Part shown: positions 35,354-46,418 of the stretch, in pieces
How positions within the stretch are numbered: the first letter of the stretch is position 1
Layout: every line of letters starts with the position of its first letter
Assembly (NCBI GenBank): GCA_963921275.4
Contig: OZ001293.3
Coordinates: 2,944,001-3,008,000, forward strand
Reading direction: 5' to 3'
Origin: an uncultured Hormoscilla sp.
GTDB lineage: Bacteria; Cyanobacteriota; Cyanobacteriia; Cyanobacteriales; Desertifilaceae
Length of the DNA stretch: 64,000 bases
The notes under the pieces: generated by a model
Told to the model about the DNA's origin: nothing
The model's input: only the letters and a program-made list of their open reading frames with translations
The model's database searches: none
Program-made: the position numbers and the translations under genes

Positions 35354-35498
35354 CGTCTATTCTCCTCACACAACACATCCCTCGATCTCTGGTGATACAA
35401 TATCAATCACCCCCTGTCAAGAGACCGGGCAACGTGCACTTACGGGCAAGGTGCAGCACTGCCTATAATACAACTGACCACTGACAATTCACAATGTC

Positions 35499-36515
35499 CT
35501 AGGGACTAATCGTGATATTGTTATGGATGTAATCCCGCAGCTTAGGAAGCTCAGAAGGAGAAAGTGCCACGTAAAATAGTTCAGCGTTAATTTCTGGACC
35601 CATGCTCGTCACCCAAGTAACGAAGTCTTTTATTGCTTGAGCGATTTCGGCATTGGGGTATTTCTGGTAAAATATCAGCATACTCGTACCGATGATCGGA
35701 TAGCCCTCATCTGGGTCATCTATTTTTTTGAGTGAGAAATTCTCGTCCCACTCTGTTGTTAGCAGCGCTTTATGGGACTGATCTACCGTAGGTCGGACAT
35801 ATTCTCCCTTCTTATTTTCCAGTCGGGCTGTCGATAAGTTGTAGCTCAAGGCATAATTTGCTTCTACATACCCGATCGCCCCATCATTTAGGGCCACCGT
35901 CGATGCCACTCCTGCATCCCCATCACGACTCGCAAACAAGTTGAAACCCCATTCTGGGTTTTTCGTAGCCTCTATTTCCCCTTTTGTCAGGGCACTCAAG
36001 TGACGGGTGAAAATCAAGTTCGTACCGCTGCCATCGTCATGGACAACCACCTGGATTTTTTGGCTTGGCAACCGAGGACTCACCTGATTCCAATTACCGA
36101 TTTGACCTGTGAATATTTTCACTAGCGTCTCCCGAGATATCAAGATATCCGGAGGTGCCTTTCTGAGATTGTATATCACTGCCACCCCGTTTCCTACCGT
36201 GGACAGCAATAGCAAACCCCGATCCATCTGTTCTCTTTCTGCACGTGTTGGCGGTGCATCGCTGGCTATGAAGTCTACCGACTCATTCTGAAATCTTTCT
36301 ATACTACCGGCGCTACTCCTAACTACGTACTTTATTTTTACACCGGTTTTTTCCTCGTATTCGGTAAAATAACGCTGGTAAGCTGGGAGACCAAAACTTG
36401 TTACCACACCGCTGATGGTTTGCGCTATTGCTGCATTAACCGCACTTAAGGAAAACCCGATCGCCATGCTTGTTGCTGTTAAGGCTTTACGCCAACTGCT
36501 TGCTTTCACTACCAT
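35499..36515 (-). CDS. divergent PstS/SphX-family substrate-binding protein
   Basis: VDFIASDAP, IFTGQIGNWN, DGSGT, GAIGYVE, YPIIG. Confidence 0.8.
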   Translation of the reverse strand: MVVKASSWRKALTATSMAIGFSLSAVNAAIAQTISGVVTSFGLPAYQRYFTEYEEKTGVKIKYVVRSSAGSIERFQNESVDFIASDAPPTRAEREQMDRGLLLLSTVGNGVAVIYNLRKAPPDILISRETLVKIFTGQIGNWNQVSPRLPSQKIQVVVHDDGSGTNLIFTRHLSALTKGEIEATKNPEWGFNLFASRDGDAGVASTVALNDGAIGYVEANYALSYNLSTARLENKKGEYVRPTVDQSHKALLTTEWDENFSLKKIDDPDEGYPIIGTSMLIFYQKYPNAEIAQAIKDFVTWVTSMGPEINAELFYVALSPSELPKLRDYIHNNITISP

Positions 36516-36665
36516 CTTTCCCTATTTCCTCCTGTCTTGGTTAGATCCTCTTTCATTATAGCCCTATTCTCTGTGTACTTGTCAAATATTAAGGAATATG
36601 AAGTCCGAGACCTGACATGGCCTACAGGATTTCACCGATCTTACCAGACTAGCGGTGTCTCCTGG

Positions 36666-37908
36666 CTGATAGGGGTACAACGCGGGTTAGAACGTAGATA
36701 GGGCAAGCTCTATGGTACGCTGTCCTTTTTTATAATCCTTGATGAAACGGCGGTTAATTTGCCAAAGTTCCTTCACAGTTTTTGGGCACAATTGCTCTCG
36801 GTTTTAGCCTGCAGATGCTGACCAACATAAAAAGAGCTATGTCTGCCTTGAGATTTCCCCTTAGTCTCAGGACGGGCAACACGCTACCGCTATTTTTGAA
36901 TCCCATTCGCTTGATTTTTTGCCCTTCTCGAGTTGCCCTAGGCAATAGCCACAATAATCATCAGTAAGATAAGCTATGCATGCTCCCAGTCTTGACCCTT
37001 CAAGATTATAGCCACCTGATTGGAAATCTCGAAAATATCAAAACCTTTTTGATAAGCTTGCCATCCCTAGGAAAATTTGTTAAAACGTACCAAGATTCTT
37101 TAGCTTTGAATCCTCGGTAATTTTTCTGACATGGGACATGTTCCAAATCCTTTCCTCACTTGTCGAGCATTGACAAACAGTTTTATCCCGGGTTTAAAGG
37201 TCTCGAAGTTCCTGAAATATCCCAGACTCTCTTGCAATTTTTGTGTCACATGTCTTAAACAAAAGTAGGCTTGACGCTCCCTAACCAATGTCCTAGCTTA
37301 GGTGAACAAAATTCTCGGTCTCCTAACAGGACCACAACATATTCTGATAATACCTCTAGACTCTATGGCTGCTTCGCTACGCGATAAGCAAAACACTTTG
37401 TTGCTAGTAGCAAGTTACTACTCCCTTTCTTGTCTATAAATTCCCAGGAAATTGGCCAAAACCTATGGTCATAAACTACCCTGACTAATAAAATGTTGCT
37501 CTTTCCCCAACTCCTGCGCTCGCTCGCAACATAAAGGGTATCCTCCGGATGAAAGACAGTGGCTAAAAGAGACTTTATACAAGGACACAGTAGGGTTTCT
37601 ATACTTAAAGCATCCAGTCGAGGGAAATCTGCGGAGCATCCTCTGCGACGACTTTCAAGTAATATGGGTAAAGGAAGAGCCTCTGCTAAAACCTCAAGCT
37701 TCACTTGCCAATCGCATTTGTAACGCCGCAACCAGCAAGACAACTGACAGATACGTAGCGTGGCCCGCAAGGATAATTTTCTGGTATTCTTTTGCTATCA
37801 TTTTTCTTCCATAGAGCAGATCTACTAGATCTGCTCTATCTTTTTCTTCACTTTTTTTCTGTATAAGCTGCTACATAAGGCTTTCAAGCTCCGTTGTCCC
37901 CCTATCAG
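36666..37908 (-). mobile_element. IS4-family element with decayed transposase
   Basis: 17-bp TIRs CTGATAGGGG(T/G)ACAACG; transposase remnants KLEVLAEALPLPILLESRRR and KKGSSNL. Confidence 0.8.
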
Positions 37909-38684
37909 GGCTCTACGCCAACTGCTTGCTTTCACCACCATCATTCGCTATTTTCTCCTCTCTTGGGTATATCATCATCCATTATAGCCCTATTCTCTGT
38001 GCAGTTGTCAAATATTAAGTATTATGAAGTCCGAGACCTGACATGGCCTACAGGATTTCACCGATCTTACCAGACTAGCGGTGTCTCCTGGTCGGGAGAT
38101 GTCTTGTGACACAGCCGCCTAATCGCACTTCATAGGAGACACTGCGGAGCCATTATTCATTAACTATATCATAGCCGCAGCAACCTAAATCAAGTTGTCA
38201 ATGTTCCTTGACAGGTAGCAGGGCTGGTGTGGTAAGATGGACTTGTCGCGATCGCCAGCGTATGGCTGCACACGCTTCGCTACGCTACACGGCTACGCGC
38301 GATCAGACCACAGACTCTCTGGCTGGATGACTTTAGTATAGCCCGTGGGCTCAAAATTTTGGATCGTGGAAAAAGAAAATGGTAAAGTAAGAGTAACTAA
38401 AAAGGTAGAAAAGCGATGAAATAAACTGGATGCATCTCAGTTTTGCAAATTTAGCAATTGAAAATTGATCAAGATAAAATTTATAATTGTTCCCTTTTAC
38501 ATATTTGCAATTATACCCGTAGGATTCGCAAATACAAGTACAAAAGTGAGATGCTCCGAAATCAACTATCTGCAGTCTAGGTATCGTTGTTATAACTATT
38601 CTCACTTTAGCAGCTACAGCACCACTAGCCTGTTCTGATGCTATTGTCAACTCGGAAACTTTAGAAAACAAACAGTTACAAAAC

Positions 38685-38954
38685 ATGGATTATCAAATCA
38701 CAGCAGTGGATTTAGTCAATCGCGCCTATCGCGGTGCCTATCGCGCAGCGCGATCGCTGCGCGAAAATAGAGAAACCAAGGAATTTATAGTTATCAGGCC
38801 CTCGTCCTCTCTTATACGAGGCGCACATTTACTGCTAAAGATCTGGTGGAAGCAGCCGTGAAAGCCAAACTAATCCAGGAAGCTGCTGTTAATGACCGGA
38901 GGTACTTAAATGATGTCAATGCCCAACTAAAAGCTCTCGAAGATATCTGGAGAT
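38685..38954 (+). pseudogene. small frameshifted hypothetical gene carrying a GC-rich repeat insertion
   Basis: MDYQITAVDLVNR... continues in another frame as FTAKDLVEAAVKAKLIQEAAV... Confidence 0.3.
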
Positions 38955-38989
38955 AAAGCTATGCTTGTAAATTGAGCATATTGAAGATT

Positions 38990-39520
38990 ATGAATCTGCC
39001 AACCGGGATTACTTTCTCTCGTTTGCTGGGGATACCATTTATCCTCTACTTTTTAACGGCACCTACTCCCACCCAGCGCTGGATATCTCTGGCAATCTTT
39101 CTAGTTGCTGCTGGTACGGATTGGTTAGATGGCTATTTGGCCAGGAAATTGAACCAAGTTACAGATTTGGGCAAGTTTCTCGACCCCTTGGTAGATAAGT
39201 TGCTGGTGCTTGCGCCTTTGCTTTCTTTAATTGATTTGGGGCAAGTGCCAGCTTGGGGCGTGTTTGTGATTTTAGCACGAGAGTTGGCGATCGCAGGTTG
39301 GCGGGTTAATCAACCCCACATCTCTGGGGCGAATATCTGGGGGAAGCTCAAAACTGTCAGTCAAATCGGGGCCTGTGCCCTTCTCATCGCCCCCACTCCT
39401 GATAGCTGGGAAATCCCTTCTCTGATTGTCTTCTGGGTTGCTGTCGCTCTCACTTTGATTTCTGGCGCTATCTATCTATTGCCCAAAAGAGAAAAAAACT
39501 CGACAAAAATTAACAATTAA
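38990..39520 (+). CDS. pgsA: CDP-diacylglycerol--glycerol-3-phosphate 3-phosphatidyltransferase
   Basis: TDWLDGYLAR...GKFLDPLVDK, GKLKTVSQ. Confidence 0.95.
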   Translation: MNLPTGITFSRLLGIPFILYFLTAPTPTQRWISLAIFLVAAGTDWLDGYLARKLNQVTDLGKFLDPLVDKLLVLAPLLSLIDLGQVPAWGVFVILARELAIAGWRVNQPHISGANIWGKLKTVSQIGACALLIAPTPDSWEIPSLIVFWVAVALTLISGAIYLLPKREKNSTKINN

Positions 39521-40436
39521 TCATATTTGGGATAATTAAAAATCGCGATAGCCTACTTGGAGTCAATGGAAAGAGATTTTTGAAAATTATCTCATTTTAC
39601 CAGAGATTCGGAAACATCTTTATGCCCAGATAATCTGCATGACTTTGATTTGGGATGCTAATTTAAACTTGATTGACGAAAAGCTCGATATTCACTCTCC
39701 TTTTCTTACTGCTAAACTGGAGAAAGAAGCAGATTTAGAATGAATAGTCGCCCTCACGTTAATTTCTGGTGCTATCTATCTATTGCCCGGAAAAGCGGAG
39801 AAAATGGGTGAGGCAATGAATCGCCAATGTCCAGTAGGGGCATGGCATCAGCAGTAAGATAGGTTAATCGAAACATGTTTAAAATGCCGTGCCCGGCTCC
39901 ATGCGATCGCCATATTCCGCCGACGCTGGAGAGAAATAGCCGAATAGTCAAAAAAACCGGGTTTCCGACTCAGCAGAAACCCGGTGCATTCCGATTAAAG
40001 GAGAACGCTGCGCGAAAAATCGAATGTCATGGTACAAATCCCATCATTGTCAATCGCTTCCCCCCAGGCGATCGCCTGGGGATATCCGGTCAGCAACCAC
40101 CACCAGAACGGGGGTGGGCGCGATTATTCTACCGGTGCTTGTTCCGACTTATCAGGGTAATAAAATTGCCCTCCAGCTTATTCGGCACAATTCGGCACCA
40201 TATAATTTGCACCGGCAGTATGTCGCGCAACAATGAGGTTAAATTCGTACATATTCAATCTTCCTTTTTGGTAATTTTCTATTGCTATTTTTATAGTAAT
40301 TCATAATTTTTGATTTGGATATAAAAAAATTAAAAATTACCAAAGTTTTTTAATTTTTTTTCTGGGGACGACATGGCACTGGCGCAGGCATCCGGTGATG
40401 CTGCTAGGTGGATGGTGGGCAGTGCCCACCCGACGT

Positions 40437-41363
40437 TTAGATGATTTCATCATCGACGGAAAAGTCAACTTCCGCCTTATGCTTACTCTGAGTTAGGTAA
40501 TCCTTCTCGAAGGATTCTTTCAGACCAGAAAGCATGTCAAATTCTGGCCGCCAGTTGAGTTCGGTCATGGCTTTATGTACGTCAGCGAAGAAATGCTGCA
40601 CTCGCAGAGGGAAGGCTTTGCGCTTGCCGAAATCAAACTTTTTCGGGTCGTAATGTACTATATTAATGCTATCAGGTGATTTGCCGGCGGCTTGGGTACA
40701 GGCACGGGCTAAACCGTTAAAAGTGACGTAGCGATCGCCCGAAACATTATAGATCTGCCCGATCGCCTGAGAGTTTCCCAAGACAGCTGCCATAGCCCGA
40801 GCCAAGTCTTGACAATGTCCCAGTTGGGTGATATGATAGCCATTACTGGGGATAGGAATGGGGCGATCACGGACAATCCGGTCAAAGAACCAGGATTCCA
40901 AAGGATTATAATTCTTGGGTCCATAGATATAGGTAGGACGAATGGCAGTAAAGGGCAAACCAAGTGCTTGGAGATATGCTTCCGTTTCATACTTACCCTT
41001 GTGGCGAGAATTGGGGTCGATCGCATCTGACTCTACATGGGGCATTTGGTCGGATTTGAGATAGACTCCGGCAGAACTCATGTAGACAAAATGCTGGACC
41101 CTGTCCTTAAACATATCGGCAAGGGGTTGAGTGTCGCTGAGTTGGCGGCCATTGTTATCAAAGATAGCGTCAAACTTTTCCTGGGAAAGTTTTTCCTGGA
41201 GTTGGGCCGGATCGGTGCGATCGCCATGAATCTGCTTGACCCCCGGGACTGGTGCCGGTTGATTGCCGCGATTAAACAGCACAACTTCATGACCTTGTGC
41301 GACCAGAATTGGCGTGAGGTAAACACCGATAAACCGGGTGCCACCCATAATTAAGATTCTCAT
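40437..41363 (-). CDS. NAD-dependent epimerase/dehydratase family, CSP41-like
   Basis: MGGTRFIG, SSAGVY, RPTYIYGP, GKRKAFPLR. Confidence 0.88.
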   Translation of the reverse strand: MRILIMGGTRFIGVYLTPILVAQGHEVVLFNRGNQPAPVPGVKQIHGDRTDPAQLQEKLSQEKFDAIFDNNGRQLSDTQPLADMFKDRVQHFVYMSSAGVYLKSDQMPHVESDAIDPNSRHKGKYETEAYLQALGLPFTAIRPTYIYGPKNYNPLESWFFDRIVRDRPIPIPSNGYHITQLGHCQDLARAMAAVLGNSQAIGQIYNVSGDRYVTFNGLARACTQAAGKSPDSINIVHYDPKKFDFGKRKAFPLRVQHFFADVHKAMTELNWRPEFDMLSGLKESFEKDYLTQSKHKAEVDFSVDDEII

Positions 41364-41499
41364 GACCTTGTTGATTGTTAATGGTTAAAGGTGAATTGCC
41401 AGCTTCCCGAGAAACGGAAGGCATTGGCAATCTGGTAGAGATTGTACTCCAGAAAGTAAAATATATACTATACTGAAGCAGGTTTGATAGGTGAGGTTG

Positions 41500-43595
41500 A
41501 TGATGATGGCTGCGGCTCGTTTTTGGCGGAAAATCAGGAATTGGTGGGCCTTCGGGCAGAAGGGGAAAAGAATGATTTTGGCCTTGCTACTCATGCTGCT
41601 GTGGTTGATACTTTTAGGGCCAGCATGGCAGAAAAGCCTCCAGAAAAGGCGGTGGTGAAGGTGCCAGTGATGCTGGATGGTAGGGAGTTGTTTCGGGTGA
41701 GTAATTCTGGAGAGTTCACTGCCGCCGAACGAGGGAAAAATATTGATGCCCTACTAGAGGAAAAACTAGATGGGACATTGAAATCGGGTAGGTCTCTGGA
41801 GGTAAAAATCGCCCAGCAGAAGGAACCAATAACCCTGCGGCTCAATGACCAGCATCTGGTGACGGTGACGGAAAGAGATACCATTCCAGGGATGATGTTA
41901 GCAGAACAGGCGCAAATATGGCAGGAAACTCTTCAAGAGGCGATCGCCAGAGCCAAATATGAGCGAACACCTGCTTACATGGGTCTGGCGATAAAACTGA
42001 CTCTGGGGAGTATAATAGGGGCGCTCGTCCTACAATGCGCACTTGTCTGGATAGGTAGGCGGTATAGACGCCGACATCTGCGACGGGAAAGTAGCGAAAA
42101 AGGATCTTGGCAATTATTAGTGCTGCTGCTACTGCGGATCGGGGTAGGGATAGCAGTTGCTAGTTATATCGCCAATTTATTCCCCTGGACTCGTCGCTGG
42201 CTATACAAAGCCTACCAAGTTTTAATAACCACATTTTCAGCTGAGATTTTTACCTTAGGAGAAGAAGCAGTTTCACTCAACCGACTGCTGCTGATGGCTG
42301 TCTTAACACTGGGACTGTGGATAGGGGTCGGTTGGTTGATCAAATTGCTGAAATCTCAGATCTTACCCTTAGCGGGAGGAGACCAAACTGTCCAAGAGTC
42401 GATCGCCTATTTCCTCCGCTACGGGTTAATTTTCTTTGGTTCCCTGCTAATCCTCACCGTTGGCGGGTTTGACTTTCATTCCCTGGCCATTATAATTAGC
42501 GTCCTGGGGGTAGGAATTGGCTTTGGACTGCAAAATATTGCTAAAGACTTCATCAGTGGCTTGATCATGAGCTTCGATCGTCCGATAAAAGTCGGTGAAT
42601 TAGTCCAAGTCGGGGAATTTCAGGGTTTAGTCCAACGCATAGGTCCGCGCGTTACCGAGATTTCTACCATAGAACGAGTAATTGTGATGATACCCAATTC
42701 TCGGTTTATCGAAGGGGAGGTGCAAAACTGGCATCGTAGCGGACTGACTCGCGTGAAAGTCTATGTCGGGGTCCCCTATGGTGCGGATATGGAATTAGTG
42801 CATAAAGTGCTCTTAGCTGCTGCTCAAGCTGCTCAAGCTCACCATCCTGATATTTTACGCCATCCTCCCCCCAAGGTGAAGTTTCGGGGGTTTGGCGATA
42901 GCGCCCTCAATTTTCGGGTGGTGGTGTTTATTCGCGACCCCCTCAAGGAACCAAAGGTGAGAACTCTTGTTTACAATCAGGTTGAAGCTTATCTGCGCCA
43001 ATATCATATCAAAATTCCTTTTCCCCAGCGTTCTTTACAGGTAAATATCCCTCAATTTAAGGAACTGGCCGCAAGTTGGCAAAACCAACCAGCTAAACAG
43101 GATCCTTACTATCCAGATCGAGCCAGGGACGAACGCTGCGCGAAAAATCGAGATGATGATACCCCAGCACCCCCGGTCGTGCAAGCAGAATATGATTGGC
43201 AGGCGATCGTTTCCCAGATGCGGGGACCGTCCGGAGTAGAAATTAAAGACCGCCGATATAATCTGAAGTCGTTCGACAAATGCTTTGTCGGGTCCGAAGC
43301 AGTAGACTGGTTGATGGAGCATGAAAAAGCTACCAGAGAAGAAGCGATTCTGATCGGAGAATTAATGGTCTCCGGGAAGTTAATTCACCATGTCCTGGAC
43401 GAACATGGCTTTAAAGATGGACTCTTATTCTATCGCTTCTATGCTGATGAAGATACCACGTCCAAGCCAGATAAATCCAATTTTCAGCCCACAGCTACCG
43501 TTCCGGAAAAATCAGAACGCGATCGGGGTCTAGACAATGACGACGATCGAGACAGCAAGGATAGAGAATATTCTGGAGGAGTTATCGATGACTAA
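41500..43595 (+). CDS. MscS mechanosensitive channel with C-terminal DEP domain; probable frameshift after the signal peptide
   Basis: GIGFGLQ..KDFISG, IPNS, FGDSAL; DEP-like CFVGSEAVDWL..IHHV..F.D..LFYRF; hydrophobic leader in another frame up to about 41628. Confidence 0.85.
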
Positions 43596-44269
43596 AGTAT
43601 GATTTTGGTAACGGCAATATTACCAGAAAAACAAACATCGACATCCGTGCCAGGAACCCGCTCGCGCTTACCATACTCTCCGATATAATAATATTGGTCT
43701 TCCTCAATCCGATATTGTACAGGTAAAGGTTGGGTACTGGGTTCACATAAAACTACATCTGGCTCAGCAGCACCTGGTTCAAGATGAGGTAAATTCACGT
43801 TCCAGAAACTACCCGGATCGAGAGGAAGGGAGAAGAGCTCCCTTAATAGCATAGCAGTCCATTCGGTCGCCCACTCCCAATCAATTACCAAAGGTTTTTT
43901 GATCCAGTGGGAAATAGCAATGCCGGGGATACCGAGAATGACAGCTTCTCGGACAGCAGCGACAGTTCCAGACATATAAACATCAACTCCCAAATTGCCC
44001 CCCGCATTAATCCCAGATAAGACCCACTCGACATCAGGACAAAGATGTGTTATTGCTAGACGAGAGCAGTCTGCGGGAGTACCGCCAACAGCATATTCTG
44101 TGTCTGAGAGACGGCCGACGTGAATTGGTCGATCTGTGGTAACTTGGTGCCCGCAGCCCGATAAATGCCCTTTAGGTGCGACAATGATACCATTGCCATC
44201 TAGCGCCCGCTGTAGCGCCCGGATGCCTGGGGCATCTATGCCATCATCGTTGGTTAGAATTAGGGTCAT
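43592..44269 (-). CDS. surE: 5'/3'-nucleotidase SurE
   Basis: LTNDDGIDAPG, GTPADC, SGINAGGN, SGTVAA. Confidence 0.95.
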   Translation of the reverse strand: MTLILTNDDGIDAPGIRALQRALDGNGIIVAPKGHLSGCGHQVTTDRPIHVGRLSDTEYAVGGTPADCSRLAITHLCPDVEWVLSGINAGGNLGVDVYMSGTVAAVREAVILGIPGIAISHWIKKPLVIDWEWATEWTAMLLRELFSLPLDPGSFWNVNLPHLEPGAAEPDVVLCEPSTQPLPVQYRIEEDQYYYIGEYGKRERVPGTDVDVCFSGNIAVTKIIL

Positions 44270-44320
44270 AAAGTTCAGGGTGGAAAGGATATGAATGCAA
44301 AGGACAGCATTAACTATAAT

Positions 44321-44452
44321 AGTGGAACGAGTGCTGGGGGAGTGGAACGAGTGCTGGGGGAGTAGAACGAGTGCGGGTTGGATAATGACTGTTGCGGGTT
44401 GAGCAGTGACCTGTGCAGGTTGGATAATGACTGTTGCGGTTGAGCAGTGACC
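44321..44452. repeat. short compound tandem repeat
   Basis: AGTGGAACGAGTGCTGGGGG about x3, then GGTTGGATAATGACTGTTGCGG.TTGAGCAGTGACC x2. Confidence 0.8.
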
Positions 44453-44779
44453 AGAGTTGGGAAAGTAGCATAGCTGGTGCCGTTCCGGAAAAATCGGATT
44501 GCTCGATTTTTCCTCAGTTGCGCAATTTTGATTCCGGATCGGAGGTCGTGCTGATAGAACTCGATATACAGTAACGCATAAGGTAAGAGCAATCTAGTCC
44601 GATTTTGTCCCGCGTTCTGACGCTGAGTTCAAAAACTGGGAATCAAACGCAAATATGAGATGCACCCTCGCACTCTCATCAATGCATCGCGAGGCTGTAG
44701 CGGATGCGCCCTCGATGTTTGGGATACCTCCTGCTGTAGAGAAGAAATGGGAACCAATCATTCATCTGTCATTGCCAAC

Positions 44780-44967
44780 AGATTTGAAAATCATGATTGT
44801 GGACGATGAACCGGTCAACCTCCAGGTACTGGTGAACTATCTGTCGCCCCATAACTATGTTCTGATCGAAGCCACGAATGAAGGCAGATATTCACGAAGG
44901 GATTGAGAGCACGTTAGTAATCTTAGAAAATTATCTGAAAAATACCCCTAATGGTAGGAAAATTCAA
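44780..44967 (+). pseudogene. fused receiver-domain and histidine-kinase fragments
   Basis: KIMIVDDEPVNLQVL abuts ADIHEGIESTLVIL in another frame; truncated at the intron. Confidence 0.7.
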
Positions 44968-45750
44968 GTCAGACCGGGGTCGAGCTGGTACTCGCGTACC
45001 AACCCTCCCTTTCGGAACCTGAAGAGCGACTTTCACCGCACACGGCTACTGGTTAATAGGCTGTTGTCATCAGTAGGATTACCGAGGGTTACCCCGTTTG
45101 TCCCTTGTCCCATGAAATTTTGCCCCTTTGTGGTCAGTCGATGGACCCTTAGCTACCTAACTCCGGAAGGTTCGCGGGGGTTAGACCAGAAAACCACATC
45201 TCCGCTCTTTACTAAGTTTTCCCTTTGTTTTTGGAGCCCTGTATCTTTACCCGGTTAGGATTTTAATCCACCATTAATCCCTAGGATTTCTCCTGGTTTA
45301 TTACATTCAAAGGCTACTTTCTCCCAGAACCTCCTATTATATCCGTCCTACGTCAGCATATCCCAGGCATTACCCCGGGCGTTGGCTTCTTAGGACATCC
45401 CTTCCTCTGTGGCATGCGCTTTACATCTAACTTGTCCAAATGGGGACAGCACACAGGAGATTACCTCGTTCCTTGATATCATTTCACGAGACTTTTAGGT
45501 CCCTTCTTTCCACCGGTAGTCCTATTCGGGTAATTACTAGCTACCTATAACAGCTAGTACGCTGACTACTTTCACAATTTTGTGTCGAGCGTTTTATCAG
45601 CCCTTTTCGCTCGTTCTGTGTAACGACGTTTATACGAAGGTTCGCTTTTTCTAACCATGAGCCTCTTTCCTAGCGGTTTCGTTCTCCGGACTGACCTTAT
45701 CCTACATTTTAGTCCTTGCTTCACACCACGGCGATGTGACTCCGTAGCAC
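44968..45750 (-). mobile_element. ORF-less, degenerate group II intron (boundaries approximate)
   Basis: minus strand: 5' GTGCT, domain V-like AGCCGTGTGCGGTGAAAGTCGC...GGTTC, domain VI-like hairpin GGTTGGTAC-GCGA-GTACCAGCT then CGACCCC. Confidence 0.75.
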
Positions 45751-46152
45751 TAAGGACCCATACTCTCCCATGCTGCCATTGCCACCAATGGCGCTATTAT
45801 TCTGGAAAGTGCTATCGGTCACCGTGACCGTCCCTTTATAGACAAACAGGGCACCGCCCATGCCTGCCGCCCCGCCGCCGCCATCGCCTCCTCGGGCCCG
45901 GCCGTTGCTAAAGGTCAGGCGATCGAAATTGACCACACCGCTTCTGACAAAGAACAGCCGGTGTTGGTCGTTGCCATTAATGGTGTTGTCGCCTCCTGAA
46001 ATCGTGAGCTGGATGTCCTCTTCAATAAGGGGTAGCAACCCGGTCAGGGTAATATCTCCCGTGATGTTAATGCTATCTGCCTCACCGTTATTCTTGGAAT
46101 CGGTAATCGCTTGGGAGAGTCCTCTTTCTGTGTTGACGTTAAATGTAGCCAT
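45751..46152 (-). pseudogene. N-terminal fragment of a glycine-rich beta-helix surface protein, truncated at the intron
   Basis: RLFFVRSG, GGGAAGMGGALFV, F.NNSAIGG motifs. Confidence 0.7.
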
Positions 46153-46418
46153 AATATCTCCTGATGATTGGTTCGGGGGAGCCCTTCTAGGGGTTGTTGG
46201 TCCAATGACCTTGTTCCCTGGCTCCATTGAGCGAAACTTTTAGCTCTACTCCTCAGGGAGTATTTCCTGCTATATACTTTTTTTATGATATTCCGAAGGT
46301 AGTTGTCATCCGTAGATCTCGAAAATTATCAAAATTATTTGCTACTATACCGTCGTCAGCCGCTCCTGGGCCATGTTTTGCCGCTCCTGGGCCATGTTTG
46401 GGGCTATGTTTGGGCCAC

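Noticed and set aside
38351..38686. 111-aa AT-rich ORF
   Set aside because: No motif support; cannot be distinguished from a chance ORF
39875..40306. 143-aa ORF
   Set aside because: Built partly from dispersed repeats; no family features
44970..45258. C-terminal part of the 126-aa ORF as real protein
   Set aside because: Read-through into the antisense strand of the intron
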